Shown here in pieces: positions 1 through 11,700 of a DNA stretch of 64,000 bases (its first letter is position 1; each line of letters opens with the position of its first letter). The stretch comes from Phoronis australis (taxonomy: Eukaryota > Animalia > Phoronida), in contig NMRA01000452.1 of NCBI GenBank assembly GCA_002633005.1, positions 220,270 to 284,269 of the forward strand, written 5' to 3'. Both the position numbers and the translations under genes were made by a program. Under the pieces are notes generated by a model, which saw only the letters and a list, made by a program, of their open reading frames with translations, was not told the DNA's origin and ran no database searches.

Positions 1-3000
1 GCGTAAAAAAGAAGATGAAACTGCAAAAAATACAGTAAGTCTTTGCTAGCAACTGCTTAGCTGATTGTTGTGTGTGACTTCTTGTAACATACTGTGTAGT
101 AGATATTGAATTCGCTGCAATTTAATCTTCAAACAAATGTTGCCTGTCATCTTTGTTTTAAAGAAGTTATAGATATGTCAACTGGTGCACGGGAAAGATG
201 GCAAATGACACATTTTAAGATTAAAGAATGCCGTCTTTTGCATTCGCTGAAACAATAAACTCTGGCAGATTTGACACATTTAACTGACATGGGTATTTGT
301 ACAGGCGACTTGTCCATTTCCAGCGTTCTTCCCAGGTGCCGGTGAAAGACCCCAGGGCCCCCGAGGAGAGGTTCGAGCTTGAACAGAATTCCTTCCCTCC
401 ACTTCCTGGCAGCACGGTAAGTTGACATCAGTAGTCTGCCAGCTACATAACCTGGGTGCAGGGCGAGCAAGCTCACCCTTACCCAGCATGCTCTTTCAAA
501 ATGACTACCACTCATGCTTACACTGTAATGTTAAAATATTGGACAACATGGTTTGTAATGGCACATAACACATTATTTCAGTCATATAAGATTAGATTCC
601 TTGCCGTGTTGCCATTGTGACTACTGGTGTTGAACATGTCTGAGAAGTCGGAATGGTAGCTGGTGCATTTTTGAAAATAGCTTTCTCACATGGTGAGGCA
701 CAAAAATCCGAATGTGTGACGTGGTAGCACACCCTCTGCCCAATGATGTGACAGAGATACAGAGGAACAGCAGGTGGCCAGGGGAAGGCACCCTCTCACA
801 CCACTCTTTGGTATTCTTTAATTTTTAGTTGTATTTCACTCTTTCTTATTTTTCCCATTATGAGTTCACTTCTTAACACAATCTGTCGTTATGTTGATTT
901 TTCTGTCTTTTCCATCTTAGTATTTCCCCAACCCCCTGTCAAACTAAACTGTTTCCTGTGTTTTTGTTTACCTGTTCCCTCTGGTGCATTCTCTCAGCCA
1001 GACTGTGAGGGTTCTGATGATCAATGATTATGAGAGCTGAGGGCAGCCTGGGTGTGCGCTCCTCGTGGTGTGAGTCCTTAACCACGTTGTGAAGGTGTTA
1101 ATTGTTATTAATTATCACCTCATATGTTGTGTGACTTACCTGTTTTAAACGTGGATGACTACTGCCCAGCGTAATGGGTGAAGTGAATTCTAAGTATGTT
1201 AGCATAGAGTTGAGAGCAGTGAGTCTGTAAAACTTCACCAACCCGTGACAGCTTGGTAATGTGTTAAAGCCTCCTGTTGCGCCATCTTTGGGGAACATTT
1301 GTTAATACAGTAAGTTAGCATCCCTAGTTGAACATTGTAAAAGTTTGGACTTAAATGAGTTCATTGAGTGCTTGTATGGGAAGGATCAGTCATACTAAAT
1401 TGACGTAGTTTGAAGTGTGCAATGTTGGACTTGCTAGTGTGTGGAACTTAAGGGAGATTTTTACACAAGCAATTTTTTGGACTTTCCTAGGAATATCAGA
1501 CTCCCTTATTCTACTTAAATGGAAACAATGTGATTGTTCTTTTGCCCAGCATACTTAGGTAAGGCCCGCTCACACTGTACATGTTAAGCCCCGCCCACAC
1601 AGTACTTATTTGGTATTGTCAAATAGAAGTAGTGTGTTGATTGTTTTACAATTTCATTTCTTGCCGCGCCCATTAGAATTTTGTGTGCTGTCATTGTTAG
1701 TTATTGGTCCTTTCTAACACCTACAGAATAGCACAACCACTGGTGACATTTTCGAGAGCAAGATGTCCGACGTGGTGCGTGGCACTGCTAAGGCGATCAC
1801 CAAACCAAGCCCAGTGGGGGACCCAGGCAGCAAGCAGGGGCCCCCGGAGGCATTGCCGCAACAGCTGGAGAACAAGTCCAAAGAGTCTACACCGTCTCCG
1901 GCCGAACCAGTCACACAGCCAAATAGTGTAGTCTGCTCCAGTCCTCCGAGGTCACCCATAAAGTGAGTGTATTGTTGTGTCCATTATAACCCAAACAGGC
2001 TGCTAGTTTTGAATTGTGAGGTTTCAAGAAAATTGTTATGTTGCGAATTTTTTAGTTATATATTCATAGTGGCGTGGATAGCTAAACCCATCTGCGTCGT
2101 GATATATTGTCAGAAATGTCAGCCTGTTTGACAACTGCCCATCTACAACACACACATTCCTTCATAGATTTCAAGCTCTGTCAGCTTGTTATAGTTGTGT
2201 ACACATACTCTGCACTTTTACTGGTGTTGTCGCATTCTTGTGGCGAGGACATAATCAAGTGAGTGCTACAGAACGTGTGTGTCAGTTATAGGCAGACACG
2301 TCTTGTCATGTGACGTGTCGTGTCACCTGCCTGACCAACAATGGAAGTTCCTGCCTCAAGATCCATCACAACACTGAAAGCATGTAAATTCCTGGCTTTA
2401 AACTACCGTGTTAGTAGAGGTGCAGGAGACATTTCGGAGTTGGCTCCATGCAGTTCTGGTGTACTTGAGAACTAAGTGGTGTAACAACTGGTGATGTCAG
2501 CCGGTGATGTCAGCCGGTGATGTCAGCCGGTGATGTCAGCCGGTGATGTCAGCCGGTGATGTCAGCCGGTGATGTCAGCCGGTGATGTCAGCCGGTGATG
2601 TCACCCGGTGATGTCAGCCGGTGATGTCAGCCGGTGATGTCAACCGGTGATGTCAACTGTGTTGACTGGAACTATGGATGTAGTTACTACTACACATGGC
2701 TTAGTATTTGTGGAGAACAGCTGGGGCGTGGATGAAAGTAAGTGGAGAATCTAGTGTGACGTAGTTGGTGTGTTGTTGACCTAATCATGTTTTCATGTGT
2801 TTCCCTGCAGACCGAATAGTAGTAAGCCCAGCATAAGCTTGACCACAGATGGCAGCACCAAGACAGCAGAGCCAGCCAAGCCAACCCAGTCCCAACCGGC
2901 CACTGGCCAGTCATCAGCAGAGCCTAAATCACCAGTAAGTGGTCCAAGTTCTGTTTGCGGTGCCAGGTAGCCTCATAAGAGTTGTCCCCGCCATTATTAG

Positions 3001-3991
3001 GTGTCAGAAAATGGGCGCTCGTTTGAAAACTTAACCGACACACCCATCTCTGTTATCATTTTACTCTTGTCTGTAAGTATTTTTCATTATTAGGGAATTT
3101 GGTATAAGGTAGCAGTCCTTGCGGCGAATTTAAATAAATGTGACCTGATTTCAGTTACTATGTAACTTCAGCTCGTTACACTCAAGACCTAAAATAAGAC
3201 GCTTTAGGCGTGCAGCCCTTTGGCCACTTATTACACTGCCAGTATCTCAGACAGAAGTGTGCAGCCCTTTGGCCACTTATTACACTGCCAGTATCTCAGA
3301 CAGAAGTGTGCAGCCCTTTGGCCACTTATTACACTGCCAGTATCCCAGACAGAAGTGTGCAGCCCTTTGGCCACTTATTACACTGCCAGTATCTCAGACA
3401 GAAGTGTGCAGCCCTTTGGCCACTTATTACACTGCCAGTATCCCAGACAGAAGTGTCATATTTAAAAGCTTAAAGTGAGACGGTCTTGCATTAGTTCGGC
3501 ATCACAATCTTATCATTTTTACAAAAATTAGTAGCATTCAGTTATGACATTGTTTTTAGCGATGAGTCTCAAGGGATGTTAGAGTTGTAAACATTTTGCT
3601 GTGATGTAATAATACGTTGTGTCGCCCCCAGGAGGCGTTGACTGCTCGTCCCAGTTATGCTGAGATGGCGCAGAGAGCCAAAGCAGCGGCAGCAATAGCT
3701 GAGAAGAACAGGGAAGATGCTGATAATAATAACAAGGAGGGTGATGGTGACTGTGATGGCAAAGCAGGGACGGTCAAGGAACCGGTAGTGACCAAGGGTC
3801 AGGCGGCAATGACCAAGGCCAATGGGCCTCCCCCTCGTGACACGCGTAGCGAGCCACGAGAACAGAGACCTCCGCCGCCGCCACCGGTGGGAGGTCGGCG
3901 TGGCAACAGTAAGGATAGCCGCGACCGGCGGGATCGAGGGGGTCGTAAGGAGTCTGTGCCACGCCTCGAGCGACCCTCCAGTGCTAAGTGA
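1..3991 (+). CDS. LARP4: La-related protein 4/4B, C-terminal part (5' truncated by window edge)
   Basis: GT-AG, phase-consistent exons <1-34, 324-416, 1727-1962, 2811-2934, 3632-3991. They encode RFELEQNSFPPLPGST, DIFESKMSDVVRG and RPSYAEMAQR, resembling the LARP4 C-terminal motifs FDLxxxNFPPLPG, ENRMSDVVKG and KLSYAEV. TGA at 3989-3991. The La motif/RRM is not in the window. Confidence 0.85.
2490..2657. repeat. 13-bp minisatellite (GGTGATGTCAGCC), about 13 copies
   Basis: Near-perfect tandem array in a LARP4 intron. Confidence 0.95.
3210..3457. repeat. 49-bp tandem repeat, 5 copies
   Basis: Unit GTGCAGCCCTTTGGCCACTTATTACACTGCCAGTATCTCAGACAGAAGT. It generates the spurious ORFs at 3210-3478. 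Confidence 0.95.
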
Positions 3992-6900
3992 GTGGTGGCT
4001 GTGACTTGATTCAAAACTGATGGTTGTTTATAATGCAGGTGGTGACTATGCCTGGATGTGGATATTCAGAGGCTGCTTGGGGAAATGGGAGCCAGTTAGT
4101 CTGGCTGGTCTGCACACTGTTATACAGCTGTAGCGAAGGATTGTTCCTGTGTTGTCTCTCTCTTTGTGCAATTTCATGTGGACATCTGGCGGGCACTGTA
4201 CGTTGATGTGCGTGTGCTGTGTGCATACTTAGGTATGCGTGTGCTGAGCGTGCATACTTAGGTATGCGTGTGCTGTGTGCATACTTAGGTATGCGTGTGC
4301 TGTGCGTGCATACTTAGCTTGATGCACTTTCAGCTTGTGTCCTGCATCAGTGGTGGGAGACACAGCTGTTGTCCAGTTATTGTCTGACCAGCTGTTGTCC
4401 AGTTATTGCCTGACCAGCTGTTGTCCAGTTATTGTCTGACCAGCTGTTGGTGTTGGACAGCAGGCATTAAGCACCATCTTCTGATATTAATATTACATGA
4501 AGTAGACGCTGTATGTATGTGTGTCTGTGGGTGAAGACGCACAGACCAATATTGGCTCGTTGACCAGATCATCGTAGCCCACCGGTTTCGACTTGAAACA
4601 TTTTCTACAACTGCTAATGGTGCTGATGCATAATTGTGAGAAAAATTAATGATTAACATTTATTACCATGCAAGTACTGTGACAAAGACTCGACTCGCAA
4701 CAATCGTCTCACAGCTGTGGGTGGTCAAATATTCAATGCTGCTTGGGCTGTAGCTAAGAATTCTGCTCAGAACGAGCTTTGACAGGCCTTGAAAAGGGAA
4801 AAATGTGAAAAAATAAATATGACTATTTAGAAGAGTCCGCTGTGGCCAGCTCAGAAAACTGTCTGTAGCTAAACCTTCAAGGGCATGTTGTAGTTGTCAA
4901 ATGTTGTCAACTATTGTGCTGGAGTTGTGATGTGAGAACACTGGCTTAAGATCATCGCTTGTACATAGAAATGGAGTCATTTTACAAGGTTGTGTTGTTG
5001 TGTTTGGGGTAGTATAAGGGTGTGAAGACAGGGGGCGCTGCGCTGTGACTGGCCAAACTGACTGCAGTGCTCCTCCCAGGTGTTGGTTGCCAGGAGTACT
5101 GATGCAGCACCACCTAGTGACAGATGAGAGCTTATCTTTGGGGGAAATTTGAACAAGACTGTTAGCTGACTTGATAAACTTGCTGTTTGTGCAGAAAATC
5201 TTCTGTGATGTCGCCGCAATGAATAAATATTTTTTTAAAATCTCGGCCAATTACTCAGTTGACTTTTATGCAAGTGTAGACTATGAAATTAAAGTTTGTG
5301 TTCTTTTTCAGCAACTCTTCTAAAATTTGCAACAAAGTATGCAGTAATCATTCTTTCAAAATTATTGAATTTCACCAGAAATTTATCAGAAACTGATTGG
5401 AGGTTATCTCGTAGCCATAGTTGGTTAGTTATTCGAGACGGTTGATGTAAATTCATTAGTTTCATTTGAGTCAGTATGAAATGGTCTGACAGAACAAATT
5501 GAATGGCTTGGGATCAGCGCACCCTTGTGTTTACCCATAGTACTACCTTATATTGTGTACAGATTATGTTTTATGTGTAACATGTCCATGTTGGTCCATT
5601 TATGCAAAGCATAGGATTAGCTGGGGATAATTGGGCTGTTTTTGTTTGTTTTTCTTTGTTGAGCATAAGTACTGTGATGTTTCACCATTCCCATAACAAC
5701 TGTTGCCGTGACGACATGAAGAGCCGTGTCAAAGCCTTGGGCAGTTTTGTCTTGTCTCCCAGTTGCAGAGTGCAATGCTCCTCAAGTTGTTAGTGAATTC
5801 AACACTTGAATTTTGATGAGCTTAAAGCGATATCCCTATAAAACGACAACTCGTTCACGATTGTCTTTTTCTTGATTTACTATTTTTTGGACTTAATTAT
5901 TTGTCTTTTATTTAATGTCATTCGAACAATAATTTCACTGCTTTTTCTTGCAGAATTAATGCTCATATTACTTTTGTCAGTCTTCGTTTTTTGAAATCCA
6001 CTCTTGAAGAAAATAAGCTTGCCGTCGTGCGAGGCGAGTTGTTTATTCACTCTGCAGTGGGTTCTGTTGCCAAGGTGACCGGAAGCTGTTGTTGTGAGGG
6101 CTGTTATGTCTTCTAAGTTGTATGCATTGAGTATAGATTAGGTTGGAGTTGTATGTTCTGGCATATAGCACAGCTATACTGTTGGCTAGGTGGCACTACT
6201 GGCTGGCGCCACCTTTTGGCATCCAGCTCAGCCAATTAAGTGTAGAATATTGATTGAAGACATTATTCTTTTGCAAAGAATATTTGAGGTTTTTGCGACT
6301 TTGGTCTCCGTCTGTGTTACCTTAGTGACTGGTTGTCATGACGATACGGAAGTTTTTAGTTGGTTTGCGGCACTTTATTATTATTATTAGTATTCTGATT
6401 ATGGCTAAGTTTATTATTGCTGTCTGTACTATATGTATACCTTGTGTACATGTAAACAATTGTTGACTTGTCTACCTGTGTATTATTCTATGATATTGTG
6501 TTTATTTAATTGTCATTTGTTTGGGACGTCTGACACGAAGTCTGTGTCGGATAGTGATGTTATTACAAGTTGTTACTCGGATGTACGCTATGGCTGGCCC
6601 TTTACACTGGACCTGTCTCCACTCTACACTCGTTTCACGCTCTTGTTTTTATCTAGCCTTGTCGAAAAGCCTGAACTATGCGCTTTTTCACGAGTGCCCC
6701 TTGCTCGCGTAAACTTATCGTTGACAGAAGTGTTCAACAACGGGAGGGACTTGATGTGATGAATTGCCCCACTGTTCGTTCGCATCCGCCAGTCAGCTCA
6801 GGATAATTTATAATTACCTGCAAGCGTGGGTGCTTTAAGCAATCTCAAGGACTGGTGTGGATAGTGAATAGTAATGTATTATGCAAAGTCAGTGTTGTGC

Positions 6901-8175
6901 CGGTTATGTAGACTGAACCAGCTGTTTGTGTGGGGAATGTTGTGTTACACCAGATCTGGTCACTATTTGAACTCGGTCACTGCAATTGGGGCAGCCTGTA
7001 CTTTCTGGTGTAACTGCACATTTCGACTGTTTTACCACTACAAAATGGCAGATTTTTTACCTACACCGGATATGCCCCTTGGTTCAGAATGATTCTGGTC
7101 TAGGTATGTTATGAAAGTATTGGCACTCAGTAGGGAGAGTTAAGCTCTTGTGTTCTTTGATTTTTACGAGTTTTGTGAACAAAGCGTTAACAAGCTGGCG
7201 TTACACATTTGTACTGTAGCAGTCACTTGTCAGCGACGTGTTTTGTTCATGAAAACAACAATAGCCAGTGTAGGTCCCAGCATTGTGTTCATCGTTCTTA
7301 AGCTCATATCACCCTCGCCATCATCATATCCCCTGCTGGGAGACCACGCACTTTCTCGGCAGGGGGCTATTCATATCATCAGTAGGGCGCCAGAGGCGGT
7401 TGAGATCGCACCATTGTTCGACCGTCTACAGTACTGCCATAATTTCGTTTGGTCAAATTGTTACTTTCTTCTGCAGAAGCATCTTGCAAAGTATCCATTT
7501 AGTTGAATCTTAACAAAAACCATATGCTTTGTTACATTGAGACCGACAGACTTTGGTCTTGTGGTTAGGTTTATTAATCAAATTATGGCTTAGTAAATTG
7601 GGAAACTGGAAGAATTTGAAATATTGTTGGATCATTTTGATGCGAGAATGTATCCAATAGTCATAGGCATTTCCTTCAATGCACTTTGCATTTGTGCATG
7701 GTTTATTGGAAAGTTGTACCCGAGATGTAAAGTTATTGGAAAGGCAAGGCTGCCATTCTGTGGTCAGGTGTACAGTTGGTTGCAAGTTGGCTGTTGTGAC
7801 ATTGCTTTTGACCTTGATGCTGATGGATATGGCCGACTGTCGGCCATTTTGTCTTGGTAATGGTGGTTGTTGTAATCATGTGGATGAAATGGTTGAACGT
7901 CCACCAGGGCAGAGGCTTGGAATTTTGTCTGGCGTACTTCCTAGGTACAAGTTGAAGATGGGGGTGTCCAGCCAGTAGGGCATCACGATCTCTATGTAAA
8001 GTGTGAACTGTTGGGCATGACATGTGTTATGGCCACCAGACATGAAATGGGTTACAATCTTGCCAGACAGCTGATTAATCTCTTGTGAATTTTAATTTAT
8101 TTCAAATTCATTTGGAAAATGAGTAATTATGTTGGGGGTCATCTGAAAATAAAAATTCTTTTTTCACCTTTGTCT
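3992..8175 (+). other. Putative long (about 4.2 kb) LARP4 3'UTR
   Basis: GT-rich, no recognisable coding exons, AATAAA at 8148-8153. Strand composition flips from GT-rich to AC-rich just after this point. Confidence 0.55.
4207..4449. repeat. Two short tandem arrays (27-29 bp x4 at 4207-4317; 26 bp x3 at 4362-4449)
   Basis: Units TGCGTGTGCTGTGTGCATACTTAGGTA and CAGCTGTTGTCCAGTTATTGTCTGAC. Confidence 0.9.
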
Positions 8176-8185
8176 TTATTTTATT
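8148..8185. terminator. Opposed polyadenylation signals of LARP4 (+) and PHF14 (-)
   Basis: AATAAA at 8148-8153 (+). TTTATT at 8175-8180 and 8180-8185 (AATAAA on -). Confidence 0.5.
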
Positions 8186-8767
8186 GTACATCGTGTAAGG
8201 TTTGTAAACGAGATGTGAGGTGTAGATCAGAATTTATTTAATAGTAATAGTTCATTATATGTATAAAGTTCAAAATATCAAATATGAAAACTTGATGACA
8301 ATATGATACAAACTAAACAGTACTTCTAAACACATGAGCAGACATGAATTATATTACACAGTTTAAAGGGGCACTTCCTCTTAGCTCTTGACACCATGAT
8401 AGGAAATCTTTCTCATCCCGAGTGCTTGCAAATTTGGTCATTCGACGTTGATTGTCACTATTCTTTTTTTGTTGAGAATATAGAAAGCAGTTGCTATTGT
8501 AATATATTCCAGTGCAAGTAGTGAGGAAGTATCCCTTTAAGGGACAAATTTTATCCACAGGATGTACAGACAAGTGACGTCGAAATTTGGGAGTGGTTGG
8601 ATGAATTTCAACGTTGAGTAACACCTGAACAGAAACTATACAAAGCCAGAATGACGTCAAAAGGAACACGTGTTCTCGTTTTATTCTGGTTCCACGAGCA
8701 GTGCATTGTGGGTCCTTGAGATTGCACAACCACTCTTGTATTACACATAGGTTTTATGTTTATGCCA

Positions 8768-11700
8768 TCAATCGCTGTCGTCATCGCTGATGATGCGAGA
8801 AGCGCCCTCTTTCATCTCCATCTCTTCAGCATGATCAGACTCTACCGTCTCCTCAGTGTCCATAAGCGTCTCCTACAAGAAATAACACTCGTTACCTACT
8901 GCCAGAGGTGAACTCTCAAATGCTGCTAAAAATAACACCAGTTGTTAACTGACAGGTGAATACAAATGGCACCAAAATAACACCTGTTATCAACCAACAT
9001 GAACACGAATGCCATCCAATGACTCAAATATCCACTATCGAGTCAACAAGCTTCACAATATACACTACTGAGACTTTAATGCAATGTGAGAAACTAAGCA
9101 TTCATCACTTGAAGTTGTGGACAACTGGTACTGATTGGGATACAATTTCCCAGACTACCAAGACTCGCACCATTTGCCTCATACAACACCACCGGAGCAA
9201 CACAATATTGAGAGTTGAAATGCACCCATGACTGCACAGCAAAGAGTATGCTCTTATTTGCCACTAGGAGGCTCTTCAATCTACTGAACGCAGCCTAATA
9301 TCAGCTTCAATCTAGATATCCACCACACTGGCACTTGCGCATTGATGTACCATAGGGAAAACCATTTCTGATGGCCAAAGATATTATGTGAACGGGGCTC
9401 AAGAATGAAGGAAGTGTCGTTTGCATTATCCATCAAAGCAGTATTCTAAGGCAATTGGGAGCAGCACGTACAAGTAGTTCTCAAAAAGACGAAATTTCTC
9501 AATATCCACAAATTTCACATTACCAATGTTAAAATAATTTTCCAAACGATTTAATGCATTACTCATTTGGTGTTAAGAGTTTGCGTCATAGTTTTGACAA
9601 AGGCCAGTGATATTTAAAACAAATATCAACTCCTTTGAAAAAACCAACTTTACTGCAGTCACATGACTAACCTCTTCTGTCTCATCCGGGTCATCACATT
9701 CCTCACAGTGCCAGTCATAACCTTTCCTTTTAGGTGTCTTCTTCAGGGGTGGATCGAGGCAGCGAAAGTGGTAACATCTGTGACACTTGTCACATCTGAA
9801 ACAATACAACCGTAGTACAAAGACCATGCTAATGGACAATGCAATACGATGAGTCCAAACCGAAGCAATGTGTGTCCTAGTTGGACGCTCCTTTAAGGAA
9901 TAATCCTTTTCACCAACACTGTAAGAAACGGCGTTATGTGTAACTATAAACAATAGAATTGTGAGAGATGAAGTGACGTCTGCTGAATAAGTAATCGACA
10001 GAGTCCATACTACTGCTACTACTATTATTATTATTACTTACGATGCACTTCATACAACTTTAAATTACAAAGACACTCGAAACGCTCAACACTTTGCAAT
10101 GTTCGCTCAGATATCAAAAGCTATTTTATGGTGACAAATCTCTTGGAAGAGCATTCTTCAATATCAAGATTAAAAAGGTCCAGACCATTACCTGACATTG
10201 CAACTTCTTCACAAATGTCATCAACAGATACCTATGTTCAAACAACATTCAACTGCAAGAAGCAATTGAGATCCAAGTCCAAAGACCTTGTCCAGAGATT
10301 CGGGACTTGATCTACCTGCAGTGCATTCAGGTCTGTTACAAGAATCCCCCAACATTAGGGACCCCCCCACCGTACTGCTTTTTATCCCATACGCGTTAAA
10401 TCTGTCGAGGGAAATACGGCCATGTAATAAAGTTTTCCGTATTCACCTCCCGCACTACTTCAACAGCGACCTCTGACATGGAAAGTTCAAAAGGTAGGTC
10501 AATGTCGACTCGACGTCTTTAGCCGGTTTGATCATCAAACTTTCCGAATATAGTTTAAAGTAATACAGTTGCAGCAGTGTAACTAACACTCGACATGCAA
10601 CCAGGCCCTAAACGTAAAATCTGGAACAAAACTTGTTAATTATAAAACACTTATGCTTCAGTTTTCAATTGCTGAACACTATATCGTCCCCAACTCAGTC
10701 GCCGATTCCTAGGAAATTAAAATATCAATTATTGTTGTTTTTTAACTATTTCCAGATGTTACAAGTTCACTGCACAGTTGCCGTTGTTTTCATCTTTGCT
10801 ACCTCTTTTCAAGAAATAAATCGTTACTTTTAAAACTGGTTCTTTTACAAGAGAAAACTTGCAACCTAACGCACAAGTACATACATATAGGATGTGATCC
10901 GCCATGTGAACAGTCTTGGTGAAGTATTTGAAAAATCTGCCGCAAAAATGTAACAAACTAAATAGCAATTCGAAGCACATGGGATAAATACAAAACGTAC
11001 TTCGATTGGCATACACGAAGTAATATCACACCCGACCTTATTCCGCGTATCGACCTGGACCTTCGTGCTCGGTCGATACGCGGAATAATGTCTCGCGGGA
11101 TATTACTTCATGTACGCCACTCTCGGTACGTTTTGTGTATATCCTTTTATTCTACAATGACAGAGAGCTCGCCTGGAGGTGAATCAAGTCTGTGAGATAT
11201 GAATGAACTGGCCGTACACTTGCCACATCAAGGTACAGTTCTTTGGTTCCAAAAGGGATCTTAAACGTTTTCCATTCAACCGTACTAGTTTCTAGAAACC
11301 TACCTGACCATATCAGCTTTGGTTCCCTGCATGGAGCAAGTGCTGCACGCCTCAAGGGCGGGTTCAGGTTTACGACGGCTGTATGTGTAGATGGTTTTCT
11401 CTTTCTTCAAGACCGGCTGTAAAGACATGACGAACAACTCAACACAACTAGTATTAGCAGAAATCAATCACTGTATATTTACAACTAAGCGCTTACTGAA
11501 GACACATTTTCAAAATTTCTTGTTTGCTTTAATAAAAAAGTGACAGCAAACTNTGTTAAATTATAAAGCACTTATGCTTCAGTTTTCAATTGCTGAATAC
11601 TATATCGTCTGCAACTAAGTCGCCGATTCCTAGGAAATTAAAATATCAATTATTGTTTTTTTAACTATTTCCAGATGTTACAAGTTCACTGCACAGTTGC

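Noticed and set aside
3210-3478. Three overlapping repetitive ORFs (also 13788-14240, 15678-16125, 20059-20397)
   Set aside because: By-products of intronic minisatellites that lack stop codons.
3986-4045. LARP4 stop as a splice donor (AA|GTGAGT), or TGA readthrough/selenocysteine
   Set aside because: The C-terminus RPSSAK resembles vertebrate PPRSPK ends, readthrough meets another TGA five codons later, and no SECIS was recognised. It cannot be fully excluded without RNA data.
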